From the NCBI RefSeq assembly GCF_018350175.1, contig NC_058373.1, positions 110,982,001 to 111,046,000 on the forward strand: 64,000 nt of DNA, in the 5' to 3' direction. Source of the stretch: Felis catus (taxonomy: Eukaryota). Of this stretch, positions 48,101-58,700 are shown piece by piece. Position numbers and translations under genes: made by a program. Under the pieces are notes generated by a model. It had not been told where the DNA came from and ran no database searches. It saw only the letters and a program-made list of their open reading frames with translations. Position 1 is the stretch's first letter, and every line of letters starts with the position of its first letter.

Positions 48101-49299
48101 CCAGGCCTTTCCCCAATGCCTCCACTGCCCTGAGCCTTCCCTAGAGGCATGCAGCCCTCCCTTGGCTTCCAGTACCCCGCCCATGCCTCTGAGATATCTC
48201 TCATCCCAGCAGTGGCCCAGCCCACGCTCCAGAACTCTTAGGAGCCTGCCTCACCGCCCCCCCTGAGAAAGAAGGATGTTATCTGTTCCCTCACCCTAGG
48301 TCCCTTGAAGATAGTGAAGCAAAGAGAGGATGAGACCCTGCGAGCTCAAGGACAATGACAACAGTAACACCTAGCATCACCTGTGTCCAAGTTTGTGCTA
48401 AGTGCTCTTACAAACATGATCTCATTCAACCCTTACAACACCTCAGGAGGTAGGGACCGTTATCACTCCCATTCTACAGATGAGAAGCACCAAGCTCAGA
48501 AGCTTAAGTGGTATTCAAGGTCACACTGTCCCAAAGCGAGGTCTCCAGGTCCATGTGACAACAAAGCCGGCCTCTTCACCACTAGGCTCTGTGCCTCCTG
48601 GCTCTACCTGCTCCCTCGTCTCTCTTGGCAAGGAACGTGTGTTGGGAGGGTCGGGGTGGAAGCTTCAAGTGAGAGCTGAGTGCTGGGGCCCTCTCCCACG
48701 GAAGGGGGGGGGAAAGCTGCTAGCTGTGGTGGAATTGCCTCAACTCAGACCTCCCAGAGGAGAGGCCCCTCAAGGTCCAAGGCGCAGAAACTCCCTCAGA
48801 GGGGAGGCCGCTCCCTCCCTCCCAGAACAGTCGTCTCTGGGAAGCCACCAGGTCTTGTCCCTCTAAGCACAGGATCTGGCACTGCCAGATCAGAGATGTA
48901 CTGTAAGGTGGGTCCTGCCAGCCATGTGATCCCCAGGTGTGGACCAGTAATCCTGACATTCTTCTCCTCCTCGGCCTCCTTCAAAACATATCTTCATCCA
49001 AACGTTTTTCTGGAGCTGGCTAAAAAGTGCCCCTTCCACACGCAAACACGCTCACCGAACGAACGTACGCCCTCCTCCAGGTGTCCCACCTTGTGGCTTA
49101 CCTTCACAACTGTGCTCTGGAAACTCAATCCCTTTGGCCCCTCCCTTCCTCCTGTCTTCCCCGCCAGGCTCCACATTGGGTCGCCCCTGAACGGAGGGTA
49201 CCCAGTGACTCAGTGACGCGGCTCCCCACCCTGAACCCCTCTTCCGGAGCACAGGCTTTACTTCCCCTCCCCCTCTCCACCTGCGAGTGTGGGGAAGTC

Positions 49300-50550
49300 A
49301 TTTCAGTGGCTGCGATTCTCGCTGCCCCAGCTCGGGGTCCCCAGGCCTACACTCGCCCCGGTGGTCTCGGCTCCGATGAGAAGGCTCCCTAGCGCAAGGC
49401 TGGAGAACCTATCCCTAATCACGGGCAAAGCAGGGACGCCCTCACCTCCAGGACCCGAGGCTCAAGTCCCCAGGCGGTGGCCCTTCACCGGGATCTCTCC
49501 CCTGGTCCTGGCCTCCCGCGCCAACGCCTCTAGCCGGGGAGGCGGCCAGTTCTCCCGGGCTGGGGCAGGGGGCCGCCCGGCCCAGCGGCGGCGGTGGGGA
49601 GGGTGGCCTCCCCCACTCCGGCCACCGCCCCTTACCGATGGTGGAGATGTGCGAGGAGTGGAACTCGTTGTCGGTGAAGCGGCACAGCAGGCAGGTCTTG
49701 CCCACCCCGGAGTCCCCGATCAGCAGCAACCGGAACAGCACATCGTACTGCTTCGCCATGGCTGGGGCCGGCGCGGGCCAGGGGCTGCGGGCGGGCGGCG
49801 GGCTCAGCCCCGCTCGGCCGCTGCCATCGCGGCGCGCGCCCGCCCGGGGACGGCCGCGGGCGGCGAGGAGGAAGCCGGGCCGGCCCCCGCGCCGGCCTCG
49901 CCCGCTCGCTCCGGGCCGGGGAGCGCTGCGCGGCGGGAGCGCGGGTGGGAGGAGAGAACGACGGCGGCCCCCGCCCGCCCCTTCCCCTGCGCCGCCGTCG
50001 CCGCCCGCGTCCCGGGAGAGGGGGCGGGGAGCGCGCGCCGGAGCGCGGCGACCCCGCGGCTGGGGCGGGCGGGGGCGGGCTGGGGCGAGGCGGGCGCGCT
50101 CCTCGGCCGGAGGGTGCGCGGCCGGGGCTGCAGCCCAGCCCCCTCCCACCCACGGTAAACAGTGGGACCCGAGGGAAACAGTGCGGCTGTTCTAAATGCG
50201 GGAGTTGGGGTGAGCTCCCACCCAGCCCACCTCTACCAAACTCGGCTTCCGAGTATCATCACTTCTCCCCAAATCCCATCCCGAATCTGGCCCCGCTAAC
50301 CCCGCCCCGGGACCCCGCCCCTTCCCGGGTCGGGGGAGGGGGGAGCAGAGTTGGTCCCCACTTGGGCTCGCCCCGGGTCTGAAGGCCTGGATCAGGGTCT
50401 GCATTCAAACACCCGTCTATTCTTGAAGGCACCGTCTCCAGGAACACTCGACCGTGTTGCCAGAATTCTGTGTCTGACATCTGGCTTCCCCGGAACCCTG
50501 TGTGATTGTGTCCGCCCGCCCCCAACCCCTCACCCCAGTGTTAATTTAAA
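49300..50550 (-). promoter_or_regulatory. RAB15: RAB15 CpG-island promoter and GC-rich 5'UTR
   Basis: Very high GC/CpG content. Tandem GC boxes (ggggcgggcggggcggg ~50061-50080). Confidence 0.88.
49636..49759 (-). CDS. RAB15: Ras-related protein Rab-15, coding exon 1 ([41 protein letters not shown](G))
   Basis: Kozak gccATGg, P-loop GDSGVGKT, donor G|gtaagg. Spliced CDS 124+61+61+78+90+66+159 = 639 nt = 212 aa plus stop. Confidence 0.98.
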
Positions 50551-51825
50551 CGAGTAAAAATTTCTGCTGACCTTCTTCACTAGGAAGAGAAGATCGATGA
50601 CCATAAAAACATTTCCGAATGCACAATCCTTCCTACAGGCAAAAGTATCTGTTTTGGGTTTAAGCTGCTTAGGGTAAGGTGTTCAGGACGCCAATCCATC
50701 ATTTCAGACCACTAAATATTTCTGCTGGTGTATACGAACGGCACCAAAGAATGAATGGGCCTCTTTCAAGACCGATTTACTACCACTGAAGGTGTTAGCG
50801 CCAGAAAGAGGCAAATACATGTTTTCTGGAGTCTACAAAATTGTGTATTCCTAAGAAAGGGTATTAGGGGTGAACAAGCCCAACCCATTAGGTCTTTAAA
50901 AAATGATGAAAGGTGTGTGTCTGAGTATTGGATAGAGAATGTATTTTTCAGAAATAGGTCAAGGAAAGCCATCTTCTTCACTTCAAGAATTGTATTTCAG
51001 GCAATGTGTCTAAATTTATAATACAGAGGAAAAATTCCTGAACCTGATAGCTACTTTGTTGACATTAAAAGTTGAGAAAATAGACCCTGTGAATTCCATT
51101 AAGTTTTCCAGGTGTATTTCTCTTCACTGGGTTTACGCTGGGTTTCAGGTGCATGCTGGGGCTCTGGAGTTGGGCTCACTTGGGTTCCAGCCACAGATCT
51201 GCCACTCACTGTCTGCAACCCTGCGCATGTTACTGTACCCCCCTCTGTGCCTCAGTTTCCTCATCGGTAAAATAGGGATATCTTCAGAGGATTGTTGGAA
51301 AGACGAAATAATGTGTGGAAAGGACTTAGCTCAGCACTTGACAGTACTCAATAAATGCTGAGGGACAAAACCACACCGTAATGTTTTCCTTATGCATACA
51401 TGGGTGGTAAGTGTATCCCACAGATGGTGGGGGATGTTTTCCTGCTGTGATTCTCATCCACACCACCACACACAGTGTGGAGTGCAGGTTCAACTTGACC
51501 TGATCCCTTTTGGGCACTTGAGCTGCCTTCCCACTGATTGGCATCGTAATGGTAGATACTCTCCACAGACCTGCTTAGTGGGACCATTAGTGGCTCTCTG
51601 CTTGCTTCTGTCCACCAAACAGTAAAGAATATGCAACCTGAGGTAAGTTCCTAGTGCAAGAAGAAACTCCACTTTGAAGAAAATGGCTTTTCTTAGGCAA
51701 GATGGGAAAGGGAATGAGGTTTCCTGAATGAATGTAGGGAAATACTCATACTCATAAAAAAAAAAAAAAAAAGAGGATATTTCATTATGCCTGGTTGACC
51801 TCAAATTCAGTAGCTTACATTGAGT

Positions 51826-51828
51826 AAA

Positions 51829-51884
<56 letters not shown>

Positions 51885-51900
51885 AAAAAAGAAAAAAGGA
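51826..51900. repeat. (GAAA)n tetranucleotide microsatellite
   Basis: About 13 GAAA units followed by an A-rich tail. Confidence 0.95.
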
Positions 51901-51982
51901 ATCATCCAGAAGTCCAAGCTGCTAGACATCTGGATTGTCCAATCACATCCTGGCTCAGCTACTTTCAAAAATACATCTCTCT

Positions 51983-52653
51983 GCTGGAGAGGATGTGGAG
52001 AAACGGGAACCCTCTTGCACTGTTGCTGGGAATGCAAACTGGTGCAGCCACTCTGGAAAACAGTGTGGAGGTTCCTCAGAAAATTAAAAATAGACCTACC
52101 CTATGACCCAGCAATAGCACTGCTAGGAATTTACCCAAGGGATACAGGAGTACTGATGCATAGGGGCACTTGTACCCCAATGTTTATAGCAGCACTCTCA
52201 ACAATAGCCAAATTATGGAAAGAGCCTAAATGTCCATCAACTGATGAATGGATAAAGAAATTGTGGTTTATATACACAATGGAATACTACGTGGCAATGA
52301 GAAAGAATGAAATATGGCCCTTTGTAGCAACGTGGATGGAACTGGAGAGTGTGATGCTAAGTGAAATAAGCCATACAGAGAAAGACAGATACCATATGGT
52401 TTCACTCTCATGTGGATCCTGAGAAACTTAACAGAAACCCATGGGGGAGGGGAAGAAAAAAAAAAAAAAAAGAGGTTAGAGTGGGAGAGAGCCAAAGCAT
52501 AAGAGACTCTTAAAAACTGAGAACAAACTGAGGGTTGATGGGGGGGTGGGAGGGAGGGGAGGGTGGGTGATGGGTATTGAGGAGGGCACCTTTTGGGATG
52601 AGCACTGGGTGTTGTATGGAAACCAATTTGACAATAAATTTCATATATTGAAA
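51983..52653 (+). mobile_element. Young felid L1, 5'-truncated (ORF2 C-terminal Cys-rich domain + 3'UTR)
   Basis: Uninterrupted frame [26 protein letters not shown]...YDPAIALLGIYP...EKDRYHMVSLSCGS*. G-rich 3'UTR, AATAAA. Perfect 16-bp TSD aaaaatacatctctct at 51967-51982 and 52654-52669. Confidence 0.96.
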
Positions 52654-52982
52654 AAAAATACATCTCTCTCTTTGTGTGTGTGTGTGTGTGCATGTGAGTG
52701 TGTTTCACACACTTTGGGAGATTGAAGGGCTGAAATTTTAGGACAACATTAGCAAAATAACCATACAAACTACTGAAGACAACAAAGTTTGCTTTAACCA
52801 GGGACTTTATAAATGAAACACCTAATTCCACCTTCTTACCTCAGCACTCAGTGGGACATGCGGGCATCCTCCCCAGTTGAGGTCAACTTGCACTGGGACA
52901 GATTTCAGTAGAACTGGGAGACATTTGAGGAATGGTTGCTGGATGTCTCTCCCACAAGAAGCCTTCAAGAATCAGTCTCTCA

Positions 52983-53201
52983 GGGGGCGCCTGGGTGGCT
53001 CAGTCGGTTAAGCATCTGACTTCAGCTCAGGTCATGATCTCACAGTTTGTGAGTTTGAGCCCTGAATCGGGCTCCGTGCTGACAGCTTAGAGCCTGGAGC
53101 CTGCTTCAAATTCTATGTCTCCCTCTCGCTCTGCTCCTCCCCCGCTCATGGTCTGTCCCTCCCTCCTTCAAAAATAAAAATAAAAACATTAAAAAGAAAA
53201 A
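52983..53201 (+). mobile_element. SINEC_Fc
   Basis: Full-length copy. TSD aagaatcagtctctca at 52967-52982 and 53202-53217. Confidence 0.95.
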
Positions 53202-53602
53202 AAGAATCAGTCTCTCAGTTATGTGATACTCATTCTTTTTACCAAAGAGACAAGTGCCTGCCCCTGCTTCCTGCCACCCCCAACCCAATCACACTGAGCA
53301 TGCTCCCTGAACAGCCAGAAGGGGCACCACTGTGGGATCTGCCATAGCAACGGCTGAATAACTGGAGAGATGTACCAGTAGGCAGCCCACTGCTGAGGCC
53401 AACACACCTGGACCGTGAGACTCCTGGTTAGCACAACCCTATGCATCTTCCAGACTCACACACGTTTCCAACTTTGGGTGACATAGGTGATGTGATCACC
53501 TTGTAGGAGGATTTCTGCCTTATCTCAGGGTTAGAAGAAACAGGACAGCTCCCTTTCCCCATCATCTCAGTATTGTCTTCTGTTCATTCACATTCGTTTT
53601 CC

Positions 53603-53721
53603 TTTTTTTTTTTTTTAAGGCTTTATTTTTAAGTAATCTCTACATCCAACAAGGAACTTGAACTTACAACCCCGAGATCAAGAGTCTCATGCTCTACCGA
53701 CTGGGCCAGCCAGGTGCTCCC
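53603..53721 (-). mobile_element. Short older Can-SINE (tRNA-Lys-like, SINEC_b/c type)
   Basis: ccccgagatcaagagtctcatgctctaccgactgggccagccaggtgc preceded by poly-T. Confidence 0.85.
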
Positions 53722-53820
53722 ATCCTTTTTCCTTTCTCTCTCTCATAGAGAAAGGGGGAAAGAGAATCAAATAATAGAAGAGGGGAGAAAGTAAGTTGTC
53801 ATACTGGGGTTGGGGACCAT

Positions 53821-53852
53821 ACTTGATCTTAGCCAAAAGGCCGAGAAGCGAT
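53821..53852 (-). pseudogene. 3'-truncated U2 snRNA retrocopy (U2 nt 1-32)
   Basis: Reverse complement is ATCGCTTCTCGGCCTTTTGGCTAAGATCAAGT, identical to the 5' end of mammalian U2 snRNA. Flanked by the direct repeat tggggttggggacca (53805-53819 and 53873-53887). Confidence 0.92.
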
Positions 53853-53982
53853 GGGTGGGGGGCGGGGTGGGTTGGGGTTGGGGACCAAAGGAAAGAAACA
53901 TGATGCTAATTCAAGCTAACACAAAATGTCCCACAGTACCACTTCAGGTTGTCCTTGCTGTCCTGGCCACCACCTTCAAGAC

Positions 53983-54330
53983 CGTACTAGTCGGCTTGGA
54001 CTGCCATCACAAAGTACCACACACCGGGTAGCTTAAACAATAGAAATTTATTTTCTCACAGTTCTCAAGGCTAGAAGTCCAAGGTCAACGTGCTGGCAGG
54101 GTTGGCCTCTTCTGAGGCCTCTCTCCTTCCACCTGGCCATCTTCATGTTCATATGTTCTGTGCCTTTCTGTGTCCTACTCTCCTCTTCTTACAAAGACAC
54201 CAGTCACATTGCATTAGGGCCCAAACAAAGACCTCATTTGACCTTACTTACCTCTTTAAAGCCTCTATCTTTGGAAATAGTCACATTCTGACATATGAAA
54301 TAGGGAGACACAAATCAGCCCATGACAAAG
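53983..54330. mobile_element. MLT1 (MaLR) LTR remnant
   Basis: gctgccatcacaaagtaccaca-like start, then gcttaaacaatagaaatttattttctcacagttct...aagtccaagg...agacctcatttgacctta. Confidence 0.8.
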
Positions 54331-55165
54331 AATAAATCCACAAGCCTCATCAGATATTTCCTGTGCACAGAGTTTTTAGGAGTGATTTCATTATCTCAGA
54401 ACAGGACATGAAAGTTGTCTTTCCTGTGGCTTCCTAATAGGTAGTCTGGCATGTCAGTGTGGAGGACTTCATGACGGGAAAACCTCAGAAGATTCTTCCC
54501 TTTATGAGACTAGAACTGAGAGATGTAACTAGTAACCACCAACCAGGCAATGTATGTCATACCCAACTTTTACGGTCAAAGCTATGTTTGGGAAGGACAA
54601 GCTATAACCTGCAGTTAGGAATCTATGTAGGAATGAGTCATTATATGTATCAGTTAAGGTAATGCTGGATACTGTAACAGATAAACCCTTAAATCTCAGG
54701 TGCTCACATATAAAGACTTTCCTCTTAGGTAAAGTCTGATGGGCAGCAAGGAGGTGGGAGCGGGGATGGCTGTGTTCCACAGTCATTTAGGCACCCAGAG
54801 TGGCAGAGATCTGCTATCTTCAATAAAGACCCCCACTGTGGACTCAATTTAAAAGCAACAAACTGCATTTTGTAAGATCTGCCTTGCAGGAAGGATGGAG
54901 GAAAGTGCTCACCAACTAAGGATTGGGAAGTACCACATTCCAGGGCCCTCACACTTCAAGACTACAGGTTTTCTTTTTCTAACTATACACCTAAGACCCC
55001 CTCTACGACTGTCTTGTACACAGCAGGGGAGGAGGGGTTTTGTGACACCCTGTAGGGAAGACAAAACTTTGGGACACTTAACAGGGAAGGAGAGAGTTGA
55101 CCCTGTGCTTGTAAGTTCCAAACTTGAAAAAGGCTATTTGAAAGGAGTAGTGAGAATACACATTT

Positions 55166-55378
55166 GAGGGCGCTGGGGTGGCTCAGTCGGTTAGGTGTCT
55201 GCCTTCAGCTCAGGTCATGATCTCACAGTTTGTGGGTTCGAGCCCCGTGTTGGGCTCTGTGCCGACAGCTCAGAGCCTGGAGCCTGCTTCGGATTCTGTA
55301 TCTCCCCCTCTCTGCCCCTCCCCTGCTCACGCTCTGTCTCTCTCTCTCTCTCTCAGAAATAAATAAACATTAAAAAAA
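55166..55378 (+). mobile_element. SINEC_Fc
   Basis: Head gggcgctggggtggctcagtcggttagg, (CT)n, aaataaataaacattaaaa tail. Confidence 0.93.
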
Positions 55379-56421
55379 ATTTTTTTTAAATGTGCATTTG
55401 AAAGAGGTCACAACATTTATCCAGAAAATAACTATAAAGGGATTATGGTCATTTGTCCAGCAGAGTAAAACACCAAAGATCTCTTTGTTAATTAAGATTT
55501 TGAACTTTGAGGACACCTGGCATGAGGCTCTTTTGAACATGGAGGGCTGCCCCGGGCACTGACATCCTGCTGGGGGAGAGGGGAAGAGAGGAAGTAGACG
55601 GTCAAGTAGGTTTTAAAGGGCTAGGCCTGGATGTGGTGGATGTCACTTTTGCCTACGTTCCACTGGTCAGAACTCACTCACAAAGCCCTGCCTAAATGCC
55701 AGGGGGACTGCTGGGCAGTCAGTGCCCAGCTGTGACTACCTGCTATGGAAGGGGAGCAGAACTCTGGCGGACAGCCAGCATTTCTGCCACACAGAAAGGT
55801 TCCCGGTGGCTCCCAACCCCAGCTGTGGATCAGCATCACGTGTGGAGCATTAAAAAATGCATGTGCCAGTGCTCCAGCCCCAGGGATTCTGACTCAGTGG
55901 GCCTGGGCTGGTGCCTGGGATAATCTGTGTTTTCAAAGGCACAGCCTGGGTTGAGAGTCACCGGTATGCTCTGGAGTGTACACCTCGCATTATCTCTCAA
56001 CAGTTTTTCAAGTCAGGTCTCAGGCTTGTCATTGCAAACAGTGCTCTTTAACTGGCTTCAATTTTCTATCTGCTGGTCAAATAGTTTTTGCCACGATCAA
56101 CCAGGACTAAGAGTCGACTCTTTCATACAGGTTTTCAGTAATAGAGTATAGGTAATGATGAATAATATATAATTTGATTAATTTTATATCAAACGTATGA
56201 CACAATAAAATAATGCAGGTATGTGTAACTGGCGATTTATTGGTTTCTGAGAAGCGCAGTTGTTCCCTGTGCCATAAAATCATTGTACTCAGAAAGCTAT
56301 TTTTTTATGAATGATTTGAAGCCTTTTATATTTCCTTTTGTGTGCTACAGGAAATAAGAATAAAAAATAGAATTTCACAATTTCCAAATTCTAGCATAGT
56401 CATTTAAAAATTATTATCAGA

Positions 56422-56631
56422 GGGGCACCTGAGTGGCTCAGTCAGTTAAGCGTCCAACTCTTGATTTCCATTCAGGTCATGAGCTCTCAGTTCATGAGTT
56501 TCAGCCCCTCGACAGGTTCTGTGCTGACAGTGCACAGCCTGCTTGGGATTCTCTCTCTCTCCCTTTCTCTCTGCCCCTCCTGTGCTGGTGTGTTCTCTCC
56601 CTCTCTCTCTCAAAACAAATAAACTTAAAAA
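56422..56631 (+). mobile_element. Can-SINE
   Basis: ggggcacctgagtggctcagtcagttaag head. Flanks aaaaattattatcaga / aaaaattattaccaga. Confidence 0.92.
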
Positions 56632-56733
56632 ATTATTACCAGAGAATATTTATTCTACTGAAAATATTACTAAATACAAATGTTACATATTAAAGTGCTA
56701 CCCTCATTAAATAGATTAAAACTAACTACTCCT

Positions 56734-56850
56734 GGGGTGCCTGGCTGACTCAGTCAGAAGAGCATGTGACTTTTGATTCTGGGGTCATGAGTTTGAGCCC
56801 CACATTAGGCGTAGAGATTATAAATGAATGAACTTTAAAAAAACTTTAAA
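56734..56850 (+). mobile_element. Short older Can-SINE
   Basis: ggggtgcctggctgactcagtcagaagagcatgtgact. Flanks aaaactaactactcct / aaaattaactgctcct. Confidence 0.85.
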
Positions 56851-57089
56851 ATTAACTGCTCCTGTCCTATTCTCCCAGTGTAGCTTGTATATATACTGTC
56901 TTAGTTTGTTTATAGATTTAAATATTTTATATTTGCTTAAATATATTTATTTATCTTATATTTATACAGTATCTATTTTTATTAGCTAGTGAGCTCCTGA
57001 AAGATAAGGCTAGGATTATGTTCACTGTTATTATCTTCTATAGTATGTTACAGAAATGAATATTCAAATGTTTATTATAATGACTGGAA

Positions 57090-58700
57090 ATCACTCAAAT
57101 CATTTAACTTACTCAATGCCTGTTACGTGCCAGAGAATAAGCACTGAACAATACAAAAATCTCTGCCTTGAGAGCTTTTATTCTGGTAAATAAAATAAAT
57201 GCATTAAACATAAGGTCTGTCAGCTGGTGATAAAGTGCTATGGAGAAAAATAAAGACAGTATTAGTGCAGGATGATGGCATTTCAATTTATATGTGGAGG
57301 TCAGGAAAGGCCTGAAGTTAAAGGAATTTAAGTAAAGAATTTGAGTAAAGACTATAAGATGTGGGCAGACAAGCCTCGTCTATACCTGGGGGCAGAGCAT
57401 TGCAGAGAGGGAATAGCGAGCATAAGCACTCTGAGGCTGGCATGTGCCTGGAGTGTACAAAGAAAGGAAGGCGGCCCCTGCAGGGGGACAGAGTGAGCAA
57501 GTAGGAGAGTACAAGGAGAAAAGGCCAGCTCATTAGGGCCCTCTAGGCCATGGTTAAGGACCTTGATGTTGACTCTGAGTGAGATGAGAAGAAAGCTTTG
57601 AGCAAAAGGGTAACTTTGCTTATATTGAAAGGGTTTAGTCTGGCTTTTGAGTTTATACTCGGCTGCATGGGGGGCAAGAGCACAAACAAGGAAAATGAGG
57701 AGTTAAGAGATGAGTGTAAGAATCCACGTAACAGTAACCTGGTTTGGACCGGGACACTAGCAATGGAATCAGTAAGCAGTGGTCAGATTCTGGATATATC
57801 GTCAACAGGATTTATGGGGAGTGAGAGAAAGAGAGGCATCAAGAGTGGACTCCAAGCGGAGGCATGAAGTTAGCATAACTGAGATGGGGAAGACTGAGTG
57901 TGTAGGTTTGGAAGGGAAGGCCAGAAGGCTCTGTTGCGGACATACTATTTGAGATGCTTGTTAGCTATGTAAATGAAAATGAAAACAGGATATTAGATAT
58001 GAACTCAGACTTCAGGAGAGAGATCCAGGCTGGAGATATAAATGCAATTTTCAACCCAATGGTGGTATTTAAAACATTGAGACTAATCGAGTTCACAGGA
58101 GATGAGTGTAGACAGAGCCCTGGGGTGCTCCAAAGTTAAGGTGTCAGGAAGATGAAGCAGTAGCAAAGGCTAGTGCTAGACATTACAGGAAAGAAAATAT
58201 TTCGGTGAGAAGGGAATGTTAATAACAAATATTGCTAGGAAGTCAAGCAGGAAGACAGATAAGGACTGAGAACTGGCCCTTGGATTTAGCAACATGGAGT
58301 TTCACTGGGACTTGACAAGAGTTGCTGGGGAAGTCCTATGGGAATGGGTTCAAGAGGTACTTGGAGAAGAGGAATTAGAGACATTGGTAGGGAGGAAATG
58401 AGTAATAGGAAGGTAGCTGAAGGAGGGTGGAAGCAAAAGGGTTAAAAATATCTCCCCCTCCCTCCCCCAAAATGGAGAAGTAGCCTGTTTGAGGGTGATG
58501 GACATAATCAAGTACAGGCATATGATGTTTTAAGAGAGGCAAGGGAGAACTGCTGGAGTGACATCCTGGGGTGGGGCATGAGGGGCGGGGCTGCACATGA
58601 GGAGAGGTGGGGGGGCTGGCCCTATGTCAGAAAGAGCTGGGCAGTCATTCTGTCCAGGGAAACAGGAGGACCAGGGAGGACAGAATAAGAGGTCACAAAT
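57090..58700 (-). mobile_element. Degraded L2 LINE
   Basis: Purine-rich L2-type text (ttactcaatgcctgttacgtgccag, tcaggaaaggcctga, ggctggagatataaat, ggatttagcaacatggag). Boundaries approximate. Confidence 0.65.

Noticed and set aside
49442..50382. Long ORFs (145-289 aa) over the RAB15 promoter, including a 130-codon in-frame extension upstream of the RAB15 ATG
   Set aside because: Stop codons are depleted in a very GC-rich island, the translations are low-complexity Arg/Gly/Pro/Ala, the extension starts at GTG, and the true ATG has a strong Kozak context.
51600..51650. Strong + strand donor GAG|GTAAGT at 51643 near the RAB15 promoter
   Set aside because: No convincing matching acceptor or exon could be defined, and isolated consensus donors are common.
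51820..52422. 200-aa ORF with a Lys/Glu/Arg-rich N-terminus
   Set aside because: A chance fusion of a (GAAA)n microsatellite and a truncated L1 ORF2 C-terminus, starting at a non-ATG codon.
53603..56850. tRNA-like A/B-box sequences
   Set aside because: These are heads of tRNA-derived Can-SINEs with A-rich tails, not tRNA genes.
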